From contig CBDHDF010000010.1 of NCBI GenBank assembly GCA_965261545.1, positions 160,001-224,000 on the forward strand: a stretch of 64,000 bases of DNA, in the 5' to 3' direction. The position numbers and the translations under genes are program-made. The stretch comes from Bdellovibrionales bacterium (GTDB lineage Bacteria > Bdellovibrionota > Bdellovibrionia > Bdellovibrionales > UBA1609). The notes beneath the pieces are model-generated. The model was not told the DNA's origin. It made no database searches and was given only the letters and a program-made list of their open reading frames with translations. Shown here one piece after another: positions 1 to 11,024 of the stretch (positions within the stretch are counted from its first letter, which is position 1; every line of letters starts with the position of its first letter).

Positions 1-180
1 TCAACTACTTAGAATGAATGAGCTTTTGCTCTCCGAAGAAGTTCGGAGAGATATTGCAATGAGTCATTTGGCGGGGGTTCTCAGAAATGAGGAATTCCCA
101 TAATTTAGTTTACTTAAACAGGAAGAAAGAGAATTTTCATGAAATACCGAGAAATATTAATTGCTTATGGGGAAAAAGGC

Positions 181-1344
181 TTAGGGCTTTCCCTTAAAGT
201 TACTCATACTCAAAACTCTGCCACTTGTAATGCTATCCATCTGGGGCATGACATCAAGAACATCTGTTGCACCTTTGACTTCAACCCCTGCAAGCCTGAC
301 ATAAATCTGAAAGGTCTTGATATCTCTCCAGCCACCGATTTTCATAACGGTGGCCTGATTGACTCCAGAGGCCAGCATGTGAGTGGCAAAGCAAGCTCTT
401 AGTGAATGAAAGACGACATTGCTTTCAATGCCCAAGTCTTTCAAATACTGCCGCAGTATCTTACCAGCTTGACCATTCCTCCAAGCATAATGCCTTTCAA
501 GAACAAGGTCTTCTGGAGTGGCGTTGTCCTTCCTAAGTTCCAAGATGACCGCTTTTAGGTCATTTGAAATAGGAACAGATCGCCAGTACCCAGCCTTCGT
601 GCTTTTGATCGTGCGGCGAGCATCATTATAGGATTTTGATACGGTTATGATTCCTTTTTCGAGGTCAATGTCCTTCCACTGAAGGGCCATTAATTCTCCG
701 CTTCTCATACCCGTACAAATAGCAAAAGCCCATGTGGGATACCAAGGGTTGTTGCTTGTTTTAGCCTGCTTAAGAAGCACCCTAAGCTCATCTTTTGTGA
801 GAATCTTAGGGACCCTTTCTTCCTTAGTTCCTACAGTCAAACCTTCAGTGGGGCTTGAGTGAACACCTAAAGCGTATTTCTCCTCAATCGCCCATCTAAA
901 CACAACATTGACGGAAGATTTGATACTCCTTAAAAGACCAGTTCCAGCTCCCTGAGCCTTAGCTGAGTCTAAAGCCTGCCTTCCATCACCCTTGGTTAAA
1001 TCAGAAACCCTACATTTCCACCAGATTTGTGTGTAATTTCTTAATCTGTTGACATGGGCTTGCACGATGGAGCGATCTAAGTATTTATCCCCAAGGTGTC
1101 CCGTCCGGGTTTTAATTTCCCATCGGTCCACAATCTCACCCCAAGTGAGACCACGGCCTTCAAGTTTTGCCACTTCCTCAACAACGCTCTTAAAGAGCTT
1201 TTTTTCAAGCTTTAAGGCTTCTTTCAAAGTTGGAATGTTTTTCCTACTTCTCTGTAGCCTTAAAGTTGGACTTGCCTTCCCTCGTGCTTCAACATGAACA
1301 CGAAAGAACTTTACTTCATTTTTCTTATAACTACTTATGGCCAT
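181..1344 (-). CDS. Tyrosine recombinase/integrase, copy 1
   Basis: TGMRSGE, HSLR and FQIY catalytic motifs. Start moved to MAISSY (ATG 1344) by comparison with the paralog at 44837-45982. Confidence 0.93.
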   Translation of the reverse strand: MAISSYKKNEVKFFRVHVEARGKASPTLRLQRSRKNIPTLKEALKLEKKLFKSVVEEVAKLEGRGLTWGEIVDRWEIKTRTGHLGDKYLDRSIVQAHVNRLRNYTQIWWKCRVSDLTKGDGRQALDSAKAQGAGTGLLRSIKSSVNVVFRWAIEEKYALGVHSSPTEGLTVGTKEERVPKILTKDELRVLLKQAKTSNNPWYPTWAFAICTGMRSGELMALQWKDIDLEKGIITVSKSYNDARRTIKSTKAGYWRSVPISNDLKAVILELRKDNATPEDLVLERHYAWRNGQAGKILRQYLKDLGIESNVVFHSLRACFATHMLASGVNQATVMKIGGWRDIKTFQIYVRLAGVEVKGATDVLDVMPQMDSITSGRVLSMSNFKGKP

Positions 1345-1606
1345 TATAAACCTCCTTAAATGCTGAGGTTTCAATAAGGACGCAAAGCTTATCTTTTCTG
1401 AAGTAAAATTTCCCTCGAAACTGCCTTGCTCTTAGAAGTCCTCTATGAGCGAGAATCCTAATCGCATTGGCACTTTTCCGAAGGTATTAAGCAGCTTCTT
1501 CTGTTGTTAACCAAACTAAATTGTCAAAGAGCATATCAGAGTCGCACATTTTGTGATGAACACTCTGACCACTGCCATCTTCTATCTGACAGTTGTATGT
1601 AAACAT
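1344..1606 (-). pseudogene. Excisionase-like HTH gene, inactivated
   Basis: Homologous to 45982-46245 (LVWLTTEEAA..YLRKSANA). CAA>TAA stop at 1487-1489 and a 1-bp deletion near the 3' end. Confidence 0.8.
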
Positions 1607-1674
1607 ATCAAAACCTTCTGTGGTTAGACAAGTAAAATTTAAAGAAATTGATTCTAAGAAAATTTAGAAGAGTA

Positions 1675-2076
1675 TCACACTTTAATCTTCCAGTCTTTTC
1701 TTTCTGGAAAAATCATTTGCATACTTTTCACTTGCCAATCAGGCCAGCTAGAGACTTCAGAGACAGCCTCTTGATGACGCTCCTCAAAAGTGCGATTGGA
1801 GCAACTGTTCTCTACCTGAGGACTAGGCTGCCCCTTAATCTTCCAGTCTATTCTTTCTGGAAAAATCATTTGCATACTTTTTACTTGCCAATCAGGCCAG
1901 CTAGAGACTTCAAGGACAGCCTCTTGATGACGCTCCTCAAAAGTACGCTTTAAATCCGATTTTCTCCTTTCTTCTGATGAGAACGAAATATCATTTTCTT
2001 TCTCTTTGCTCTTTGGATTTGATAAATTTTTATCGTTATAAAATCTTTCTTTTTCTACTTCAGTCATAAAAAACAC
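1675..2076 (-). CDS. Small protein with two 51-aa-period repeats containing WPDW, directly downstream of dCTP deaminase
   Basis: Abuts the deaminase stop. 153-bp-period internal duplication. ORF is also intact in the copy at 28398-28799. Confidence 0.65.
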   Translation of the reverse strand: MFFMTEVEKERFYNDKNLSNPKSKEKENDISFSSEERRKSDLKRTFEERHQEAVLEVSSWPDWQVKSMQMIFPERIDWKIKGQPSPQVENSCSNRTFEERHQEAVSEVSSWPDWQVKSMQMIFPERKDWKIKV

Positions 2077-3690
2077 CTAAGCATCGAAGCCTTTCTTAAT
2101 TTCTGCATTTATAAATATTTCTTTCTCAAAATATTGTTGAGTATTCACCCTGACCCTCACTTCTTGATTCTTCCGCATAAAAGAAACAACTTTCCCATCT
2201 GCACCCTTTCTTTTGATGTCCTCCCCCCTACCCAGCTTCATCGAGAATAAATCAAGATACCTTTTTGCAGCAACACCAATAAAATGTTTAAAAGCCACCT
2301 TGCCTTCATTACCCTCAGTAGAACCACCAGAAACAAATATAGCATCCCCATGTAATTCTTCAGAAAAACTTTTCGGATATGGTTCAACAAATAAAACTTC
2401 TTTGATTCCAGACTCTACAATATGTTTTGCACAATTATGACAAGGAAAGGTTGTGCAATATAAAGTTTTTCCCACAGGACTCACACCATTTCTCGCACAA
2501 CTTAAGATAGCTGCCATCTCTGCATGTGTAGCTCTCGCAAACTCAGTGATGTCGAACAAGCCACTTTTACGGAAAATATCTTTCATTTTTTCACTTGATA
2601 TTTCTTTCACCTCATCTTTTATTGCTTTCTCGATAATTTGACCTATCTTCTCACGCTTTTCCTGATTAGGGTCTTTTTCACGTCTATAATCCCTCCAGTC
2701 ATGAACACCCCCTTTCTTTATTACAGAAGGCCAATAGGGGCCACCACCAAACCTTGGAACATCATTGGATCCAAGACCCAAGATGTTTCCCCTTTCACTT
2801 GCAACAACAGCCCCTACTTGTCGAGACAAATCTGCTGTTCTTGTCGAATAGGCGTAGGCAATATACATCATATGCTCATCAATTGTAGGGGTAATATATG
2901 GATGACCAAACATTAAATCAAATATTCTCTCAAGTTGTATTTTTGTGGAAAATTCATCTTCATAGCTATGAGAAACAAATATATCTGACAGCTCAAACGC
3001 ACCTCTCGTTTGCTGACCTTTAGGGTCTTCTTCAGAAATATCTCTTTCAGTCAATATATATGCGTCCTCCTTTTTTATTCCTTCTTTATTGATTAAAAAA
3101 GAAATTCTCTGACTTTTAGAGGAAAATACGCCTATTTGATAGTAGGCATCTCCATATGTTCTACTCAATAACTTAGATTCATCTGGGTGTTTTATGGAAT
3201 CAAATATATAAGCCACACCGGTGGATAGATGCTCTTTGCTTTCGCTTTTATTTCTATCACCTAGATGTTCTTTTATCTCTTCTCTTTTTTCCTGAATCTG
3301 AATCACTGCATATTCAGACAAAAGGGAGCCTCGTTTCCTCCTAGCTTGTGTTCCTAATGTCATCTGACTGCTAATTTCATCGAATCGATTCGACGATTTA
3401 TCAACCTTTAATTTATTAGATTCTTCAGGGCTAAGATTGAGGATCTGTATAAAATTCTCATCCTCTAAGAAGTCACTAAACTTAAGAGTTTCAACTTTAT
3501 AGTTAAACTGGGACAATATATTTTTAATCTGGCCTTGAACAGATTTTAAATTTGAGCCAGTAGCCCCTACCAAGCCAATAAATAGCTCTGTTCTTTTTCC
3601 GTCTCCAGACTGTTCCCACTTAGTACTCATTCTTCCTCTCAATGACTTGTAGTCGTAAAAAGATAATATAGAGAGATTCTTGAGATGCAA
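2077..3690 (-). CDS. Anti-phage dCTP deaminase (N-terminal P-loop kinase-like domain plus deaminase; AvcD/Dcd-like)
   Basis: IGLVGATGS P-loop-like motif, RTADLSRQVGA, HAE and PCHNC Zn motifs, EPYPKS. True start probably the ATG of MSTKWEQ. Confidence 0.9.
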   Translation of the reverse strand: MHLKNLSILSFYDYKSLRGRMSTKWEQSGDGKRTELFIGLVGATGSNLKSVQGQIKNILSQFNYKVETLKFSDFLEDENFIQILNLSPEESNKLKVDKSSNRFDEISSQMTLGTQARRKRGSLLSEYAVIQIQEKREEIKEHLGDRNKSESKEHLSTGVAYIFDSIKHPDESKLLSRTYGDAYYQIGVFSSKSQRISFLINKEGIKKEDAYILTERDISEEDPKGQQTRGAFELSDIFVSHSYEDEFSTKIQLERIFDLMFGHPYITPTIDEHMMYIAYAYSTRTADLSRQVGAVVASERGNILGLGSNDVPRFGGGPYWPSVIKKGGVHDWRDYRREKDPNQEKREKIGQIIEKAIKDEVKEISSEKMKDIFRKSGLFDITEFARATHAEMAAILSCARNGVSPVGKTLYCTTFPCHNCAKHIVESGIKEVLFVEPYPKSFSEELHGDAIFVSGGSTEGNEGKVAFKHFIGVAAKRYLDLFSMKLGRGEDIKRKGADGKVVSFMRKNQEVRVRVNTQQYFEKEIFINAEIKKGFDA

Positions 3691-3843
3691 GCTCTATTTT
3701 ATCATCAGAGGGGCACCAATTTGTGACCTTTGCAGGCCCCAGTTAGTTATAAGCTAAATTTTACTTCAATATAGCAGCAATTTGCTATTCTTTTTTAAGG
3801 GTCTCTGAGGGGGCACTTCTCTGTTTTATCGCTAGGAGTCGAT

Positions 3844-4288
3844 TCATACAACGATAGACTCCCAATGTTTTTCGAGAATTTTGCTCATCTTGAGATTGTC
3901 AGCCATCCGACCTAGTTGAGCTAGCGTCGTTAAGTTTTCTTCCAGAGCCAACCTTGTTGCTTGGATAGCTATTCTTGGCCCAATTTTAGAAGAAAATTTT
4001 AAAGATTCAATCAATGTGCGTTCAATATTTGTGATTCTAAAATATTTCTTTTCATGAGTACCATAACTAAGTGTTGTGGTTGTCCTCAGACATTTGAACT
4101 GTCCCATAGAAGTTTGATCTTTCCTGGACGGTGGGATAATAACCCATATCTGTTGGGGAGTTTGGCCGATGAGTCCATAGTAAAACAGAGCGGAAAGACC
4201 TCCGATAACTGCTTGGGCTCCAAAGTGTGTACAAGTTATGGCAAAGTCCAATTCTTCCGGTTTTATGGAAGATTTTGGGTGCATATAA
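3844..4288 (-). pseudogene. AbiEi-like type IV antitoxin/regulator, 5'-truncated by IS1634
   Basis: Matches the 3' part of 33093-33686. Identity stops at the IS1634 end. Confidence 0.85.
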
Positions 4289-6038
4289 CCTGAATTCTAC
4301 AAAAATGGTAACAAGGATTCTGGCCTAAGGTCCTGACATTGTGAAGCGACGGCTGGGATTAATATTTGTACTTACATTGAACGCCTTCAAAATATCTTTT
4401 TGCTTTTTTGACACTTCACCAAGTATGGGAGTGCCTGTGGCTAGCTCATACAACTTGAGACGGTCTAATATCTTATAAAGTTCGGCTTTTGTCATTTTTT
4501 TGTATAGCTCATTTTTCTTCATCACATGATCAACCCATGTAATCAAAATTAAAGAGATAAAATTAATGAAAATACTTCCTCTCATTGCGATCAACGAATG
4601 TGTCCTATTTCTTTTCTCATCTATGTCATGCTTAAAAGCACGAAAAACCTTTTCTACACAATCTTTTCTTCTATATAATCTTAAAATTTCATCCCGATCC
4701 ATTTGAATGTTATTAGTGATGAGAATCAAGCAGCCCATCTTTATCATCTCATCTCGAAAAACATTGAGGTTTCTCTCAATTACAAATTTATTCTCGGATT
4801 CTTCAATGAAAAAAAAATTTTTCTTAGTTTTTAATGTCTCTTTCAAATAAAGAGATGCATCATCCTTACTTGAAAAATTTTTTTCTAAAAAAAGATTTTC
4901 TAAATCTGATATCTTTCTTATAAAAATAGACTCCTGATCAGACCGCCTCTTACCTTCTAAAAAAACATGAGCCATACAACTTTCACTTCCAATTTCTATT
5001 TCTTTCTTAGAGTAGGAGTATACTTGCTCATAGAAAGCAAATAATGATCCAGGAGATAATAACTTGTCATGCAAGTCAAATAAAATTTCTTTAGATTTCT
5101 GAGTGCTGAAGCTCATAGGAACTATATAGCTCAAGCCTTGTTTGTTCATATTCTTTATGTTTTCTTGACTATAAAACCCTTTGTCCATCACTAAAATATC
5201 AAGATTTAACTTATATCTACCCACAAGATCTGTTACATTCCTCAGTGTCGTTACATCCGTAATACTGCCAGGGTATACCCTGTAAGCTAAAGGTAAGCCT
5301 ATTGAATTAGTGCTGGAAGCTCGTGCAATCAAACCCAAATTTACTTGTTCTAAATTTTCGCCATCTCTATTGTAACCTCGTTCCAAAAATTCATTTTTGG
5401 ACCCATAAGAAGAAATAGATGTAATATCAAATAGGATAGAGCCAGTAGATTTAAGCTCTTTTATCCAATTTGTAAAAAAAATATCTATTTTTTTCTCGTC
5501 TTGACCAATAGAGTGTAAAAGTCTACTAGTTTTGGTCGATCCCATAGAAATTTCTTTGGAAACGTAAGACTCTTCACACCAAGACTTATAAAAATAATAA
5601 GGCTCTTTCTTTATAATCTTAAAACATGACAAATGAAGAATCTTTTCATATTCCTCAGGAAAAACTTGTTTGACAACTTTAAGTAGTTTGGATTGTTTAC
5701 AAATTTCTTTCAGAAAATATAAAGATCCAACAGTATAGGAGCCTATAGGGACTTTTTTCTTTTTAGTTTTAATCTCACCGCTGACCTCATCTTTACGCCC
5801 TAAATAGGTTCTTTTTTGGCGAGATTGTTTTTTCTTTGAGTCCCAATAGCCGTGTATCTCATAAACGTAAATTTTACCGTTTCTCTTTTGCTCATGTAAA
5901 TAAGACATTGTTACCAATGGTAACAAGGATTTTGAATTCTTTCAATTCAAAAGAGGTCTGAAACCGCGTTATATTTGTTCTGAAGTCAGATTCTAGACTT
6001 TAGACCTAAACCTTGTTACCATTTTTGTAGAATTCAGG
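4289..6038 (-). mobile_element. IS1634-family insertion sequence
   Basis: 28-bp perfect TIRs CCTGAATTCTACAAAAATGGTAACAAGG at 4289-4316 and 6011-6038. Flanks belong to two different genes and there is no TSD. Confidence 0.88.
4325..5926 (-). CDS. IS1634-family DDE transposase
   Basis: FDITSISSY, GYNRD..QVNLGL, MDKGFYS and Y.RKD.VEK.F motifs. Confidence 0.88.
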   Translation of the reverse strand: MLPLVTMSYLHEQKRNGKIYVYEIHGYWDSKKKQSRQKRTYLGRKDEVSGEIKTKKKKVPIGSYTVGSLYFLKEICKQSKLLKVVKQVFPEEYEKILHLSCFKIIKKEPYYFYKSWCEESYVSKEISMGSTKTSRLLHSIGQDEKKIDIFFTNWIKELKSTGSILFDITSISSYGSKNEFLERGYNRDGENLEQVNLGLIARASSTNSIGLPLAYRVYPGSITDVTTLRNVTDLVGRYKLNLDILVMDKGFYSQENIKNMNKQGLSYIVPMSFSTQKSKEILFDLHDKLLSPGSLFAFYEQVYSYSKKEIEIGSESCMAHVFLEGKRRSDQESIFIRKISDLENLFLEKNFSSKDDASLYLKETLKTKKNFFFIEESENKFVIERNLNVFRDEMIKMGCLILITNNIQMDRDEILRLYRRKDCVEKVFRAFKHDIDEKRNRTHSLIAMRGSIFINFISLILITWVDHVMKKNELYKKMTKAELYKILDRLKLYELATGTPILGEVSKKQKDILKAFNVSTNINPSRRFTMSGP

Positions 6039-6640
6039 TTATACAGGATCAGGCCACAGCCAACATCTATGCTCAAGTGGGTCTTCAAGAGGATGATAGG
6101 GTTTTTTCAACATATACTAAAAAGCTTAAAAATCGACTGCCATGGATGTTACTCAATCTTTTTCTTGCTGTGATGGCGAGTCTTGTGGTCAGTGTCTTTG
6201 AGAGGACTATGAATGAGGTGATTATTTTAGCCACACTTAAGAATATTGTGGCGGGAATGAGCGGAAATACAGCTATTCAAACATTGACAGTGATGACTCG
6301 GGGGATGGCTTTGGGTGACTTTGGCTTTACTTCCTATTCAAAGGCCATTCTAAGAGAAGTGGCTGTGGGGCTCTCCATTGGCTTTATTATGGGGCTCACC
6401 GGCGGTCTATTGACATACTTTTGGAAGGGGCAATTGAAGGTGTCTATTATTCTTTGTATCTCCATGGTGCTAAGTTCTGTCATTGCTTCGGCGGCGGGCG
6501 CACTCACCCCTCTTTTTCTGAGAAAAATGGGAAAGGATCCCGCTCTGGGAAGTGGAGTTCTTATCACTATGGTGACAGATATCTGTAGTTATCTTTCTTT
6601 TCTAGGCATTGCGACAGTCGCTCTGTATCGCTGGGTTTAA
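6039..6640 (+). pseudogene. mgtE: C-terminal membrane part of magnesium transporter MgtE, 5' part lost at the IS1634 junction
   Basis: RLPW, AGMSGNTAIQT and DPALGSGVLITMVTD motifs. The frame is open back to the IS end. Confidence 0.88.
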
Positions 6641-6920
6641 TACTGCTGGGGATGATATCACTGGATCTGGTTATCCACAGTGTCTTTTTGTTTAATTTCG
6701 TGTTGTTTTGTCAAAAAGTAGACAGCCGAGAATCTGTGCGAAGTTTCTTATCCTAAATTACTGAATGATTTCAATAGAGCGAATACAGTGAAGGTGGTAT
6801 CTCTTTTGCTTCTTATTATTCCTATAAATATGTCAGCATATTCAGCCTATGTTTAGAAGAGTGTTGGATAGAGAGCGGGAGAAGTATTTATTGAAACCAT
6901 TGAACCATTGAAGCCATGGG

Positions 6921-8871
6921 GTTTTCAAAACAAAGCTCCATCCACAAAGGAGAAGAAAATGAATAGAGTGAAGGGAATTATAGCATTATCAACCTTAGGA
7001 AGTTTAATTGCATTGGTCATTGCTTGCAATGGACTAACACCTCTCATCCATACTAATAGAATAACACTAACACCTCTCATCCATACTAATAGAATAACAC
7101 TATCGTCATTGAAAGAACAAGATTTACAAAAAAAAATCCATAGGTGTTTCTGATTGATACACAATTTTTTTATGAATCTATGATTTATGAGTTGATTTAT
7201 GATTGCCTCGTGATTGCATTTGGTAAAAACGAGCAGCGTACTCTCCACTAAGGGCCATAAGCTCTTCGTGTTGCCCTTGTGTTCTCAAAGATGGCGCACA
7301 TCTTTGAGAACAAGAATAGGAGCGTCCTTATAAGTGGATTTGCCACTGCCGCTGGATCCAATAATGGCCAACATTTCCCCACGGCGAATGGAGAAATTGA
7401 GACCGCTGAGAACTTCCCTTCCAAATATTTTTCATAGCTCTTACAAACAGCGGTTTGTTCCATCACACAAGCCGACCTTGAAGACCAAGGAAAGCCAGTT
7501 TTGCAGTTGACCTCCCAAGGGTTTAATTGACGCCCTGGGACCCCGTGGACCTTGTGGGAGTGGTCGTTTGCTCATCTTGATCTTGGATGGGAACTGGTGT
7601 TGCCTTTGTGTCATCGTGAAGGTTGGCGCTGGATAGCCAAGGATGAGGTCGAGTGTTTGGCTTATTGCATACCTCTCTACCTGTTCATCTTGATCCCGTA
7701 GTTCTTTGGCGGCAATGGAGTTGATACGCCCACGCCACATGGAATCGAAAAGATAAGGTTCTAAGTAGCCCATAGTGGCTTGCAACTCATTGGAGGCTAT
7801 CTTTAACAACGCTCCCAAATACCAACGACACCGCCCTGAAAAGACTCTCCTTTACAAATTGGTGCAAGAAAATCTACTCACTTTCTACCGGCACATAGAA
7901 AATGAGCATGAAAATGGCCTTCCCCAGTTCGTTAAAAAAGAATTCGATGAGTTTCTCAAGTGTGGAATTCTTGCCCATGGTTTCTTGAGAACCCAGTGTG
8001 AATCTTGCCACCATGAAAGGCTTGTGGCCTTTAGCTGCAAGCGTCGAGGCTTCTGTCGTTTTCAAAACAAAGCTCCATCCACAAAGGAGAAGAAAATGAA
8101 TAGAGTGAAGGGAATTATAGCATTATCAACCTTAGGAAGTTTAATTGCATTGGTCATTGCTTGCAATGGACTAACACCTCTCATCCATACTAATAGAATA
8201 ACACTATCGTCATTGAAAGAACAAGATTTACAAAAAAAAATCCATAGGTGTTTCTGATTGATACACAATTTTTTTATGAATCTATGATTTATGAGTTGAT
8301 TTATGATTGCCTCGTGATTGCATTTGGTAAAAACGAGCAGCGTACTCTCCACTAGGGCCATAAGCTCTTCGTGTTGCCCTTGTGTTCTCAAAGATGGCGC
8401 ACATCTTTGAGAACAAGAATAGGAGCGTCCTTATAAGTGGATTTGCCACTGCCGCTGGATCCAATAATGGCCAACATTTCCCCACGGCGAATGGAGAAAT
8501 TGAGACCGCTGAGAACTTCCCTTCCAAATATTTTTCATAGCTCTTACAAACAGCGGTTTGTTCCATCACACAAGCCGACCTTGAAGACCAAGGAAAGCCA
8601 GTTTTGCAGTTGACCTCCCAAGGGTTTAATTGACGCCCTGGGACCCCGTGGACCTTGTGGGAGTGGTCGTTTGCTCATCTTGATCTTGGATGGGAACTGG
8701 TGTTGCCTTTGTGTCATCGTGAAGGTTGGCGCTGGATAGCCAAGGATGAGGTCGAGTGTTTGGCTTATTGCATACCTCTCTACCTGTTCATCTTGATCCC
8801 GTAGTTCTTTGGCGGCAATGGAGTTGATACGCCCACGCCACATGGAATCGAAAAGATAAGGTTCTAAGTAG
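6921..8871. repeat. Direct duplication: 6921-7768 repeated at 8058-8871, separated by the 5' 283 bp of the IS91/ISCR transposase
   Basis: Near-identical sequence. Copy 1 has an extra 30-bp tandem duplication (LTPLIHTNRI). Carries a degraded ORF beginning with a lipoprotein-like signal (LVIA-C). Confidence 0.9.
7775..8057 (+). pseudogene. Truncated IS91/ISCR transposase 5' fragment
   Basis: Identical to 13185-13467, then breaks into the duplicated segment. Confidence 0.9.
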
Positions 8872-11016
8872 TTCCTGTCCAGGGAAGAAAGTTAAGTAGT
8901 TTTAAGTATTTACATGCCTTCCCTTTAGATTTTATGCTTTAAAATGGAGTCCATCAAACATAATCCGTGTAAATTCAGTTACTTACATAAAACGGAAAAA
9001 TAAAATAAGTTCCCCCCCCCCTCTCTTGACGAACCTTTCACAGCCCCTCCCTTTCAGTGACTTATGTGGCTATCAACTGGTTACTTGATATGAGAGGAAG
9101 AGTTGGATCAACCTGTGTTTCCACCGTGGTGATTTCAAACCTCCTTCAGGGAAATAACATTACGTTGCGCATCAACTTCAAAAAATACTTGACGTGTTTT
9201 TTCAGAGAAATAATTTTTGATATTTTATTCTTCATTTATTTTTTATGTAGGTTTTAGGAGGCGTGGGAACCTCTCTATGAGGTAGAATTCTTATCCATGT
9301 TCTCCGAGAACCTCTCTGATTTTTTTCTTCTTAAAAGACATCCTTGCTCACTTTTTTCCCTCAAAAAAACGTATGTTAATATAAAAATTAAAGAGAAACT
9401 TTCACCAAAGGGGGGACTATGCGCCATTTGAAGAAGACACAGTTGGGACTCTTTTCCCAATATCCTAACCACCAACTCAGTACAGAATTGCAGCAAATTA
9501 ATAACATCATTGATCGCCATCCAGAGTTTGCCCATATGGTTCATGAAGACCTTGTTAAAGAAAAGAAAGATTCTGGTGATATTGGTATGACATCGGAGCA
9601 AGTTCTCAAGGTGGCTATTCTTAAATCCATAAGAGGTCTTTCCTATCGTGCGTTAGCCTTTAATCTTGTCGATTCAGTATCCACCAGAGCTTTTCTGGGC
9701 CTTGAATTGGAAGAAAATTACGCTCACTCCACCTTACAGGACTTGATTGTTCAAATAAGTGAAGAAACTTGGGGAATTATTAGCGCCTCTTTAGTTTCAG
9801 ATGCAAGAGATCAAAAGATTGAGCCGTGTAAGAAAATGAGATTGGACAGTACAGTGACGAAATCAAATATTCATCATCCAACGGATGCATCGCTTTTATA
9901 TGACTGCATAAGAGTTACAGAAAGAGAATTTAAAAAAGTTCGTAAAAATGTCATGAAAGATTTTTGGCGACTTATTTCAAGAGAAGATCTTAAGAGAGCA
10001 AAAACCTTTCTTTACAAAATTAATAATTCCAAAAATGATGCGGAAAGACTACCTTGCTATAAGGAGCTTTTAAAAATCGCTACCAAATTGAACAAAGGAT
10101 TACCTGATACCATCAGAAAGATAAAAAAAGAACAAAAATGTGTGAAGATGAATGCTTTGAAAAAGAGTCTAAAACAGTTAGAAAATGTTGCCTTCTACCT
10201 GGAAAAAATCATCTTTCAAACTCAAAAAAGAGTTATTGAGGGGAAAAAAGTATCTTCTGAAAAAAAGGTCCTATCCATCTTTGAACCGCATACAGACATT
10301 ATTGTAAAGGGGCAAAGAGAAGTCGAGTTTGGGCATAAAATCTTTCTGACCTCAGGGCAAAGCAACATGATTTTAGATTGTCAGATCCCTGATGGCAACC
10401 CCGCAGACTCTGATATGTTTTTAAAAGTTATGAATTCAGTGACACAAACCTATGGGGCTTGCCCTGTAAAAGTAAGTGCAGATGGTGGGTTTGCTTCAAA
10501 AGAAAATCTTGAAGAGGCCAAAGAGATGGGGGCTAAAGATGTTTGCTTCCCAGAAAAAAAAGGAATGAAAATATTAAAGATGGTTAAAAGTGCTTGGGTC
10601 TTTAAAAATCTTCTCAATTGGAGAGCCGGAATAGAGGCTGTTATTTCATTCCTTAAGAGATGTTTTGGTATGAGAGTTGCTTACTGGAAAGGGCATGATG
10701 GTTTTAAGAGGTATGTAAAGAATGCCGTTTGTGCCTATAATTTTGTTGTCTTGGCAAGACATGAATTATCAACTGTCACCTAAATTTATCCATTAGGAAT
10801 AACAGCAATGGACCAGGTCGAAGGTGCTAAAATCTTCCAAAGGTAGGGGTGCGTCTTCAAATCGAAAAAACTAGGGCGCAAGTCGCTTAAAGACCTTTTT
10901 CCCCTTAATCTGTAGAGTTTGTGTGGCAAATCTCCAACTCTCACTCCCCCATTGAGGCATTGGGAGGCTCAATGGGGAGTGTCAGAGAACAAAAAATGGG
11001 CCTTTCTGGACAGAAA
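8872..11016 (+). mobile_element. ISNCY/IS5-like DDE insertion sequence, copy 1
   Basis: Imperfect TIRs TTCCTGTCCAG..CTGGACAGAAA, flanked by CTAAGTAG. The empty site is visible at 7761-7768. Confidence 0.85.
9419..10783 (+). CDS. ISNCY-type DDE transposase
   Basis: RLDSTV..SNIHHPTD, SIFEPHT, EFGHK, ADGGF and RAGIEA.IS.LKR motifs. Confidence 0.85.
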   Translation: MRHLKKTQLGLFSQYPNHQLSTELQQINNIIDRHPEFAHMVHEDLVKEKKDSGDIGMTSEQVLKVAILKSIRGLSYRALAFNLVDSVSTRAFLGLELEENYAHSTLQDLIVQISEETWGIISASLVSDARDQKIEPCKKMRLDSTVTKSNIHHPTDASLLYDCIRVTEREFKKVRKNVMKDFWRLISREDLKRAKTFLYKINNSKNDAERLPCYKELLKIATKLNKGLPDTIRKIKKEQKCVKMNALKKSLKQLENVAFYLEKIIFQTQKRVIEGKKVSSEKKVLSIFEPHTDIIVKGQREVEFGHKIFLTSGQSNMILDCQIPDGNPADSDMFLKVMNSVTQTYGACPVKVSADGGFASKENLEEAKEMGAKDVCFPEKKGMKILKMVKSAWVFKNLLNWRAGIEAVISFLKRCFGMRVAYWKGHDGFKRYVKNAVCAYNFVVLARHELSTVT

Positions 11017-11024
11017 CTAAGTAG

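Noticed and set aside
139..402. Short ORFs antisense to integrases, transposases and tra genes (e.g. 139-402, 1049-1297, 14812-15366, 20105-20359)
   Set aside because: Shadow frames of well-supported genes or translations of repeats.
1682..1947. 153-bp-period repeat as a DGR template/variable pair
   Set aside because: Both units are in one ORF, the differences are few and not adenine-specific, and no DGR-type RT is present.
7441..7818. Minus-strand ORFs in the duplicated segment
   Set aside because: No recognisable motifs, they overlap the transposase start, and their ends differ between the copies.
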